64,000 nt of DNA from Eledone cirrhosa (taxonomy: Eukaryota). Positions 22,801 through 32,379 of this stretch are shown here, in pieces (within the stretch, counting starts at the first letter, position 1; the number at the start of each line of letters is the position of its first letter). The position numbers and the translations under genes were made by a program. Below the pieces are notes generated by a model, which saw only the letters and a program-made list of their open reading frames with translations, ran no database searches and was not told the origin of the DNA. The stretch lies in contig OZ024741.1 in the NCBI GenBank assembly GCA_964016885.1, positions 13,082,001 through 13,146,000 on the forward strand. Reading direction: 5' to 3'.

Positions 22801-23412
22801 ATGGTGGCTGCCAACTCGTTTTCGAGTACGGCCACTACTTTATATCCGTGTAGGAGAACCCTACCGATGCGCTGAACGAGTGTGACTTTTTAGTCCAGCC
22901 AGCGACTTGAAAACTCTGGTACAAACACTACACTTGTGACAATTATTGACACATAGTGCTTTGCCTTTGGTACCATGTGACGACAAGTGCAGAGAGATCT
23001 CCAGATACAAAGCAATGCCTGTGCCGTGAAGCTTTTATAGTGAGCAAAGGCACTGCACAAAGCCAGTCCCACTCTCTTAACCAAGATGATATTTACCAAA
23101 AAGAAGAACAAGTCAACATCATTGGATACCATCAGGGTTGCAGGTGTTATATCAGAGTTTTCCTTCTCCTAGAATTCTGCCTTGACAAAGGCTAAGGGGT
23201 CATCTCTCCCGGTGATTTTGGATGGCCATTGACTCTTAAGAGCTCCTTTGCCCTTTGACAGGTTTTGTTTTTAGTCCTGCAGGATGTCCAAAGTCACCCT
23301 CCTCACCAAGAAACCTTGGTGGGGTTGCCAGTTTAGTCGCCAACGACCCGACCATGAGACAGGTTGTACTGGGATACATGTTACCAGTAGCACCAAGTGG
23401 TGACCTGACAAG
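22801..23412 (-). mobile_element. Family B1 copy D (longest, ~610 bp)
   Basis: (TACA)n on both sides; 3' part encodes [24 protein letters not shown]. Confidence 0.88.
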
Positions 23413-23481
23413 CATACATACATACATACATACATACATACATACATACATACATACATACATACATACATACATACATAC

Positions 23482-23840
23482 ATGATCGCTGTCCACTCAT
23501 CAGACGAGCTTGACCATTGTTGGTTGTTGCTACAAACGGGAGCTCAGCACTAACTTTTAAAGTCATAAAGACACTTACAGAGGTTGCTACAATGTCTACA
23601 AGCTAAATCCCAATCTATATTTACAACTTGATGAATAGACCTCTCAATTGGAAGATCTTTGAGTCTTTAAGTGTCTTGTGACTCCAGGGAAGCTCTTGCT
23701 GTTTGCCGCATACATCACAGGGAAGTGGCTCTGTAACAATGAACTTGGCTCCTCTGTTGGCGCGTAGATGAGGGATGGTTGTGGATGCAGTGGGAAGAGC
23801 AGATTAGAGGAAGAAGGGCGGAGCACTAAGACTATAGGGA
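23482..23840 (-). mobile_element. Degraded 3' end of another RTE-type element with (GTAT)n tail
   Basis: Terminal ...ctcgtctgatgagtggacagcgatcat+(GTAT)n resembles the B1/B2 termini; decayed finger CDVCGK...GVTRHLKT. Confidence 0.55.
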
Positions 23841-23849
23841 TTAGATGTA

Positions 23850-24245
23850 TTTTTTTTTAAAGTCTCTGTTTCCTCTGGGACCACGTGTCTGGGATTCCGG
23901 TGCAGGAAGCGAGTCCGAACATAGAAAGGTGTGGAATGATAGGCATTGCGGAAATATCGAGACACTGAGGATGGATTGCAACCGATCCGAATGTCCAGCA
24001 GATTTTCAGCGAATCTGTCGGCCAGTCGACGGCCAGTATGTCCAATGTATATGGCCTCGCATGGCGTGAACCGGAGCTCGTGGACGAAGCTTGTGAAAGT
24101 GGAACTGAAAGAGTCTTTAACATGAAAGATACGGCAGTTAGGTCTGATGAGGGTAGTGGTGTGGGTGAAGAAGGTGAATGTGTTGTAGCGGAATCGGGAG
24201 CAAGGGTGGGATCCAGGAGGGGAGTTGGGTGGTAGGAGGGAACTG
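23850..24245 (-). pseudogene. Penelope-like (Neptune-type) GIY-YIG endonuclease remnant
   Basis: PCSRFRYNT...VKDSFSSTFT...CEAIYIGHTGRRLADRFAENLLDI...VSRYF...HS. Confidence 0.78.
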
Positions 24246-24304
24246 CCGGCTATATATATATATATATGCGTTCGTGTTTGAGTGTATATATGTATGTATG
24301 TATG

Positions 24305-25079
24305 TATGGGTACACAAGAGATGTAGTGGGATAGCAGGCAAACTGATAGGTAGGGAAAACTACGTATGCAGTAGATGTACAGGGAAATTTGACAGTAGAA
24401 TTCGCAGTGATAGACACATTTTTCAAATGCAGGCGGGTTCTATAGAAGAGGTTGATAGCTTCCGCTACCTAGCTGATCAGATTAGCATGGGAAGGGGTGT
24501 TCTGAGGCCATAGTATCTAGAATAAGGACGGATTGAAAGAAGTTTAGGGAGCTGCTTCCTCTGTTGCAAAGAAGGATTTCTCCCTGCGTACGAAAGGCCA
24601 TTATATGATGCCTGTGTGAGATGCGCGATGCTGCATGGTAGTGAGACATGGGCAGCAACTGCAGGGGATATGCAACGGCTGGAGAGAAATGATGCAAGCA
24701 TGCTCCGCTGGATGTGCAATGTCAATGTGTGTGAACGACCGAGCATAGATGAGTTGAGAGAGAAACTGGGTATAAGAGGGATAAGTTGTGGTGTGCAGGA
24801 GAGAAGGCTGAGATGGTATGGCCATGTGATGCGCATGGAGGATGACCGCTGGGTAAAGAAGTGGCAAGAAATCCTAGTAGAAGGAAGACAGAGTAGAGGA
24901 AGACCACGAAAAACATGGGCAAAGGTGGTGAGAACAGACCTCAGATCGCTGAAGCTCACGGAGGAGATGACGAAGGACCGTGACAAATGGAGAGAGGCTG
25001 TGCTGAATAGGACCCGTCCCACCCTTGCAGGCAGGGAAAAGCGGACGTAAAATGATGATGATGATGATGATGATGATGA
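24305..25079 (+). mobile_element. 5'-truncated, degraded RTE-clade LINE with (ATG)n tail
   Basis: WVHKRCSG...YVCSRC, EEVDSFRYL, MLHGSETWA, MLRWMC, RLRWYGHVMR, GRPRKTW; tail at 25052-25079. Confidence 0.88.
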
Positions 25080-25092
25080 TTATATATATATC

Positions 25093-25306
25093 TAACCTGA
25101 TTAGTTTCTTCGTTGTTTTTTGTATTGTGTGCCTTAGTAAAATCGAAGCTTTGGCTGTGGCCAAGCTAACGACCTAAAATTAGGAAGGAGCAGCAAAGCA
25201 CTCAATAAGGTAATAACATACGTTTAGACAGCTTGACAAATTGAAAATTGTGGCAGGCACACCTAGGCACACAATACCAAAAACAACGAAGAAACTAATC
25301 AGGTTA
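25093..25306. mobile_element. MITE-like element with ~45-bp terminal inverted repeats, in (TA)n
   Basis: taacctgattagtttcttcgttg...tgtgtgcct pairs with aggcacaca...caacgaagaaactaatcaggtta; diverged partial relative at ~25899-26086. Confidence 0.75.
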
Positions 25307-25320
25307 TATATATATATATA

Positions 25321-25437
25321 ATCATCATCATCATTATTTTACGTCCGCTTTTCACTGCCTGCAAGGGTGAGACGGGTCCTATTCAGCACAGCATCTTTCC
25401 ACTTGTCACGGTCCTTCCTCATCTCCTCTGTGAGCTT
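25321..25437 (-). mobile_element. Inverted short copy of the RTE 3' end and (ATG)n tail seen at 24952-25079
   Basis: Reverse complement of 24952-25065 with roughly 7 substitutions. Confidence 0.88.
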
Positions 25438-25444
25438 ATATATA

Positions 25445-25670
25445 GTCCTGAAGTTTTTGACGAAGTTTGTAAAGACCATAGGTGGGTGGCATGAGCCATT
25501 GTGTATATAAGTCAATTTTTCACTAAGTTTGTGGAAAGGTCTGAATGTGTGTGTGCGAAGGTCTAGGTTGATGTCTAAGTAATAACGCTTTATCCAACAT
25601 GGTCATCGAGATCGATTGGTAGAAGTCCACTATGTCAGACTGGGTGAAATTAGCTTTGTTGGTGTTGAAA
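25445..25670 (-). pseudogene. Penelope-like (Naiad-type) RT remnant, internally deleted
   Basis: KANFTQSDIVDFYQSISMTMLDKAL joined directly to YLDINLDLRTHTFRPFHK...YIHNGSCHPP. Confidence 0.72.
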
Positions 25671-26399
25671 GAGTTATCAAGATTATAGCAGTTTTAAACT
25701 GGTAAAACCATTATTCAGCAGAGTACTCGACATTTGGGATAGTTGAGAGTAAATAAATACATTAGAGGGTCACGGATGAGCTCTTCATATTTCGACAGCA
25801 AATTCCAAACTGTCTGAAATTTGCTGTCGAAACGGAAATCGCTCAGCTGTCGGTCCCTGACTCTCTGTTAATATATATATATATATATAAATGGAAGTTC
25901 AGTAAAATCGAAGTTTTGGCTGTGGCCAAGATAACGATATACAATCAGGAATGTGCAGCAAAGCACTCGATAAGGTTGTGTCACCTTAGAGTAGTAATAA
26001 CATACGTTAGAGAGCTTGACAAATTGGAGACTGCGACCGGTGACCCAGCCACATGAACCAAAGCAACGAGAAAACCAACTCAGGTAATTGACAGACCTGA
26101 CCTGGACCATCTCATCGATATTATGCAATATCTCCGATAGGTTTCTATGAAATCAAAATCAACAATTCCACTTGCGTAGTATGCAAGTTTTGGGTTTTGG
26201 ATGATCGAACAGTGGATTCACTTTATCAACAGGCTTCCATTCTGTACCGCCCGCGAGCGGGTGTGAATCTCTGTAAACTGCTGGTGGTCACGTGGTTTTT
26301 CCCAAAGGGGGGGGGGGGTAATCCCCGGTTTTTGTCAGTCGAATTCAAATTGTGAACAAAGGAATAAATTCCATTCCACAAACCGAATAAAGCTCTCGA

Positions 26400-26433
<34 letters not shown>

Positions 26434-26630
26434 AATAAAATATAGAGTTAATAACTCATATAGATACCCTGCAATTAACAAGCTCAAAGTATAAATACTG
26501 AGCATTATAATATTAATATGGTTATTGATATGGTATGTATGAGAAATCTTGTAAGAAATCTTGTAAAATCCCATATGATTCAGGTTGAATGATATATAAC
26601 ATTTGTGGTGTAATCTACCATCGTTGGTAG

Positions 26631-27216
26631 TGGTAACATGTATCCCAGTACAACCTGTCTCATGGTCGGGTCGTTGGCGACTAAACTGGCAACCCCACCA
26701 AGGTTTCTTGGTGAGGAGGGTGACTTTGGACATCCTGCAGGACTAAAAACAAAACCTGTCAAAGGGCAAAGGAGCTCTTAAGAGTCAATGGCCATCCAAA
26801 ATCACCGGGAGAGATGACCCCTTAGCCTTTGTCAAGGCAGAATTCTAGGAGAAGGAAAACTCTGATATAACACCTGCAACCCTGATGGTATCCAATGATG
26901 TTGACTTGTTCTTCTTTTTGGTAAATATCATCTTGGTTAAGAGAGTGGGACTGGCTTTGTGCAGTGCCTTTGCTCATTATAAAAGCTTCACGGCACAGGC
27001 ATTGCTTTATATCTGGAGATCTCTCTGCACTTGTCATCACATGGTACCATGGGCCCAGCACTATGTGTCAATAATTGTCACAAGTGTAGTGTTTGTACCA
27101 GAGGTTTCTAGTCGCTGGCTGGACTAAAAAGTCACACTCGTTCAGCGTATCGGTAGGGGTCTCCTACATGGATATAAAGTAGTGGCCGTACTCGAAAACG
27201 AGTTGGCAGCCACCAT
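26631..27216 (+). mobile_element. Family B1 copy E (near full length, opposite orientation, almost no tail)
   Basis: Near-identical reverse complement of 22801-23387. Confidence 0.9.
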
Positions 27217-27283
27217 ATATGTCCCAAGGCTCTGATACCATCAACACTATAAACACAGAGCTGGCATATATAAGAACTGACTA

Positions 27284-27346
27284 ACTGGCTGATGAGGTCA
27301 TAGCCATTCAATGGCTCTCATCGAAATATATATAGCAGTAAATAAA
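27284..27346 (+). ncRNA. Degenerate minimal (Penelope-type) hammerhead ribozyme followed by AATAAA
   Basis: actg-g-CTGATGA-[agcca/tggct stem II]-c-GAAA-tatatata-g-cagt-a-AATAAA; G.G mismatch at the base of stem I. Confidence 0.5.
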
Positions 27347-27379
27347 GGATTATGAGTTCATGCAAGTGACTTATGTTTC

Positions 27380-27479
<100 letters not shown>

Positions 27480-27867
27480 CTTGGTCCTAACTCTACATTT
27501 GTCCCTGTAAATAGTTATTTCTCCAAACTTACTAATACATTTAATCCTCTATGTTATTTGTACATTCTAAATATTTCATTAAATCCAATAAATAACTTAT
27601 TAGAATATCATTTTTATCTTTAATCCTTTCAACGTGTCAGACATCACAATAATCATCATTAACTCAATAAGGTTTATCTTATACAAACCAGAAATTTATT
27701 GAAACCCAACTGTACGGTTTGTGCGGTACAGACACACCCACACTTATAATCTTGGTATATATGGCCTACCAATCCTGGATTCCAGAAGTTAAATACATTC
27801 AACGTTATTGTCCTCATTGATGGCACTAATCCAATAGTCAACCTTAGTAATATGCCACATCTATTTG

Positions 27868-27899
<32 letters not shown>

Positions 27900-27986
27900 A
27901 TTAATAAAAAGTAGGTACCAGGTGTCAAAGTATCAACGAGTGCACAAGTTGTTGAACCAACAGTACCGTAAACTTACAATCCATTA

Positions 27987-28068
<82 letters not shown>

Positions 28069-28202
28069 GTAGCCAATCTCTCAGACTTTTACGAAGCGCT
28101 GAGAAGATAAAGTTAATATAAAAGGTGATGTACTCATGCGCGAAGATGGTATAAAATAGCTTATTTACATATATATTTATGTCTATCTATAATTCTTTAA
28201 AA

Positions 28203-28390
28203 GTGAAGGCGTGTGGTTTAGTTGTTAAAGAATTGCATTCACAATCGTGATATTGCGAGTTCAATTCCCAGACCATGTGATGCGTTAGTCACTTCAGCAA
28301 CCGATAGATAGTAACAGGAATGGAAAGATCAATGGAACAATTTCCTTGGTTTGATTTGACAAGGTCCATCTCACCCGGTGTCCGAATGAG
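28203..28390 (+). mobile_element. tRNA-headed SINE, internally deleted (S2-type head)
   Basis: gtgaaggcgtgtggtttagttgtta...gagttcaattcc; 3' part gcaaccgatagatagta is shared with 60628-60830. Confidence 0.65.
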
Positions 28391-28989
28391 GTTTGGAATC
28401 GTATCGATTGATTCATATATATATATATAAAAAAAGTCATATGTATCATATAACTTGTGTTAAGACAGGATTGTGTAGCGAATATTTCCTGCAAAAGAGG
28501 AAGGGTTTCTAAGTGTGTGTGTGTGTGTGTGCGTATATGTATATATATATATGTGTGTGTGTGTGTATGCCTGTGACCAGTGTATAAAGGTCACAGCTCC
28601 CCCCCCCCACACACACACACACTCACACACACACATATATATGGGCCTTCCAATTTCACTTTACATTATATACATGTCTGTGTATATGTTAAAATTATTT
28701 TTAAGTGAACATGATTTTTAAAAAATACTTTCAAGCGATCGTGACTCAACGAATCACGGGTGGTCTAGTAATAATAATAAATACAAAGACCAAAATCCTC
28801 GATAAGGGTTGTATATATATGCATGCATTGTCACGGAACTCCCGAAAGAGTCGTTGGGGCGCCATATTGAAATACGGCGTTTCTAGGGCACGGATCCCAT
28901 CTCCTCTCCATGTCCGAATACAGAATATTTCTTCCAGAGAAGGATAGAGAGTGATCGGATGGAAGTGAGAAAAAATATATATATATATA

Positions 28990-29476
28990 TATTAAGATAA
29001 CAGATTAAAGTTTAAACAAAGAATCGCTGCTTTCACCCTTAACGGGATCTTCTGAAACTAAAAAAAAATCAATCTGTAAACGCAGAAGTAAATATTTCGA
29101 AAAACGTTGCAACCGAAGGAAAACAGGAAGACGATACTTTGGTTCGTGAAGACGTTCTCTGGCAATGAACGGAAAAAAGCGAAGATAATACGTCGTTATG
29201 TGGATCGATGAGAACAAATACAGGCAAAGACAAAACCACGTTTATGGTATAAATGGAGTCGTAGACTAATATTCTATTTAGGAAACCGAATGATTCTCGG
29301 CTTCAGAGTTAAGGATAATGTAAATAAATTAGTTGAACGAAAATGACAAAGTATCGTGTTCCTGTTTTCGAAATATTTACTTCTGCGTTTACAGATTGAT
29401 TTTTTTTAGTTTCAGAAGATCCCCTTAAGGGTGAAAGCAGCGATTCTTTGCTTAAATTTAATCTGTTATCTTAATA
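28990..29476. mobile_element. MITE / non-autonomous DNA transposon with ~115-bp near-perfect terminal inverted repeats
   Basis: 28990-29104 is the reverse complement of 29365-29476 with only a few differences; left end sits in (TA)n. Confidence 0.88.
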
Positions 29477-29560
29477 AATATTTGCTCTAGGGTTCTTATA
29501 TATTTGATATATATATTTATCCTTATCGAGCCCTCTTTGGATGTTAGTCTTCATATTTAT

Positions 29561-29614
<54 letters not shown>

Positions 29615-29618
<4 letters not shown>

Positions 29619-30217
29619 CGGATAAAATTCCCGAGGTTCGTGGACGAGGCGGTCTCTGTCCCTCATTATCGCTGCCGTGTCCTGCGTCTCCAACAGACCA
29701 GTGTCTGTCCTTAGGGCATCAACATATGTTAACTTCGGTCTTCCTCTTCCAGTGTGTCCATGCAGGAGGTGCAGACTGTGTCGATGAGTGTGGGGCTGAG
29801 AATGAGTGAGATTAAGATAAATATCTGGTAGAGAATATTAAGAAGCCAGAGAAGATTACTAATGTAGGTGGAAAGCCTCTAGAATTGGTTGAGGACTTCC
29901 TGTATTTGGGATCAAAGATTGGGAATACGGAAGATGATGTGGTCGAGAGGAAGAGCAAAGCCCGGGAGGCGTGTCACAGCTTGAGATCGGTGTGGAAGTC
30001 GGACCTTCGTAAATACCTGAAGATCCGCCTCTCTGTTGCTGTAGTGGAGCCTGTGCTGCTGTACGAGTCTGAGACTTGGACACTGACCAAGAAACTCACT
30101 CAGATGGTGAATGGGTGCTACACGAGAATGCTGAAGATGGCTCTGAACATTAATCAGTATACACTGAGGATGAAGAACTCAGAACTGTACGGGAGCCTCC
30201 CAAAAGTCAGCTCAAAA

Positions 30218-30220
<3 letters not shown>
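29615..30220. mobile_element. RTE-clade fragment with an inverted 5' segment, between two (TA)n tracts
   Basis: Minus ~29765-29620: HGHTGRGRPKLTYVDALRTDTG...MRDRD; plus ~29766-30220: VGLRM...VEDFLYLGS...LLYESETWTL...YTRML...LPKVSSKV. Confidence 0.8.
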
Positions 30221-30255
<35 letters not shown>

Positions 30256-30639
30256 TATATAAACCGGTAGAGCAAATATTTATCATTAATACAGATTATT
30301 ATTTTACATATAAAACAACCGATGACTACATTGAATGTGTAACTGGAAAAACAAACGTATTCGCGTGTTGATGTGTACATATAGTATGTAGACTCACGCA
30401 AGAAACCACATATATGTATACACATATAGACACAGAAACACACTGATGATACCTAGTAACATATCCTCATAACTTTCACAGCTACGTTTCAGGCTCGCAT
30501 TCGATTGCTTTATATTCGCTTCGAAACGTTGCAACAAAGACGTCACATGTTAAAACAATCGACCAATAAATGCAGCTGTACAGCAAGCCTCCCTCTCGCT
30601 TGTGTCCGCTGGTGTTCGGTATTTGTAAACCTATCGAGT

Positions 30640-31012
30640 GTGTACGCGTTATTGACCAAAAGGTTAATGAGTTCCCTTGATAATCATGAGTACCCAGGTT
30701 CGATTCCACAGCATGGTTCTTGGGCAAGTGTACTATAGCGTCGTGTTGACCCATGCCTTGTGAGGGAAATTGGGTAGACGCAAGTGTACTATAGCGTCGT
30801 GTTGACCCATGCCTTGTGAGGGAAATTGGGTAGACGCAAGTGTACTATAGCGTCGTGTTGACCCATGCCCTGTGAGGGGAATTGGGTAGACGCAGACTAT
30901 TTGGAAGCCCATCAGATTGTCTGTACCTGTCATTCAATGGACCTAACTTGTCATACATGGGTTACGCTGAATCTCCCTGAGAATTAGGTTAAGCATAGAT
31001 ATGTCTGTGGAA
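30640..31012 (+). mobile_element. tRNA-headed SINE with an internal 56-bp triplication (30725-30892)
   Basis: B-box GGTTCGATTCC, then ttgggcaagtg and three copies of caagtgtactatagcgtcgtgttgacccatgccttgtgagggaaattgggtagacg. Confidence 0.72.
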
Positions 31013-31179
31013 TGTAATATGGAAATAGAGATACGTATATAAAGATTAAATGGAACTAAACATTTCCATTAAACTAGACTAAGTAGAGTAAGTTATACCA
31101 ACTTATAGGGATATGTATCACTATAATACCTACCTCTTGAATTAACTCATGAAACAACATCATCTTCACAACACCTCTA

Positions 31180-32350
31180 CATTTGTAGGCAGAGAGCACT
31201 TAGTACTTTGTGAGTCATCATGATTCTCGGCTAAATATTTATGAGTCCTAATTTGCTGAATGATCTTACTTACTATAAGACTCCAATATATTATAAGATC
31301 TACATCAACACCTGGGAAGATATCAACACTTCATTCATCATGGAGTAACTCTACCTGTTGAGATGGCCCCATGCATGACTTGAGCTTGGGAAAGGCTTCA
31401 AAATGGACAATTTCTTCCATCACCACATAACTATGGCTACGGACTTATGCACCAATTCATACGTTAACCTGTATTTTTGTAAGGCAGCACACAACTCTAA
31501 AATGATATTAATGCATTAAAAGTCCTGCATTTGAGTTTCTCTCCTGGGAAACTTCTTGCTGCTTTGTAGTTGGCGATATCTCAGAAGTTCTTGTTTTTCA
31601 GTTTTAACACTTGATACATACCCCATAAAGATTTTAGAGTGTTTTCTAGAGAATCAACAAGATCAATCACTCTATTCAGGTCAACTTCAAATCCTTGAAA
31701 ATCTTTGTCTGTGCTGTTGAATTGTACTCAAATTGAATTCCCGATCTTGTCCATCAGAGTTGTCTGCCACTTTGTCTGCCAACCTCTGTACTTCATATCT
31801 TGCTTCAGGTGTTTATTCCAAGTCACTTGCAATATCGCCGACTATATTTTAACTGTAATCACACCCATCTGCAGGGCTTCGGTTCTTGCCTACCAATATG
31901 TGTTTCACATTTACTTCACAATTAGTGCTCTTTTCAAACCTTCCAAAGATTTCATTAGATTTTCCCATCTGCCTGTTAATGAAGGAAAAACAGGCGTATA
32001 ACATATGCATGGAGCCAAAATAATTGCGAGTTTCACAACAGCATGACACAGTAATCTGTTCAACTAGATTCAATGTGTTAATAGCAAAAGACTGGGTTGT
32101 ATTCTTGCATAGTGACCAGAGATATTACTGACAATGTCATAGGACTACACTCTGCAGTCTTCAAAATCAATTCTATCATCTTTGAAAAATTATAGCAGAT
32201 AAATAACGAATACTTCAGCCTAGTGAGAACCAGCCTGCAGAAAAATCAAATACTTTTCTACCGTCTTCCTAGAAACAACATATTGCACAATAACTATAAA
32301 CTGACCATCAAGAGCCAGGTCTTGTCAAATCTACTGAAACTATATCGTAT
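31180..32350 (-). pseudogene. Decayed hAT (Tip100/ZMYM-like) transposase
   Basis: CRV*SYDIVSNISGHY (consensus CRGQSYDNASNMSG), LNLV...CC...YFG...LY, LIVK...TYW*ARTEAL (consensus TRWxAR); boundaries approximate. Confidence 0.72.
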
Positions 32351-32379
32351 TGATGACATATAGTACCTTCTGTCATATA

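Noticed and set aside
22890-23195. Recurring 79-80 aa ORFs (MVSNDVDLFF..., MLGPW...) as a small gene family
   Set aside because: They recur because the B1 element is repeated; the frames are not conserved in B2 or B3
23325-23412. HDV-like ribozyme at the B1 5' end (ccagt...gtcg-ttgg-cgac-taa-actgg on the element strand)
   Set aside because: P2- and P4-like pairings exist, but no convincing P1, P3 or L3 by eye; it would need a descriptor search
28820-28975. Possible host promoter (cgccatattg YY1-like, ggaagtg ETS-like)
   Set aside because: Short motifs only, with no supportable exon or ORF
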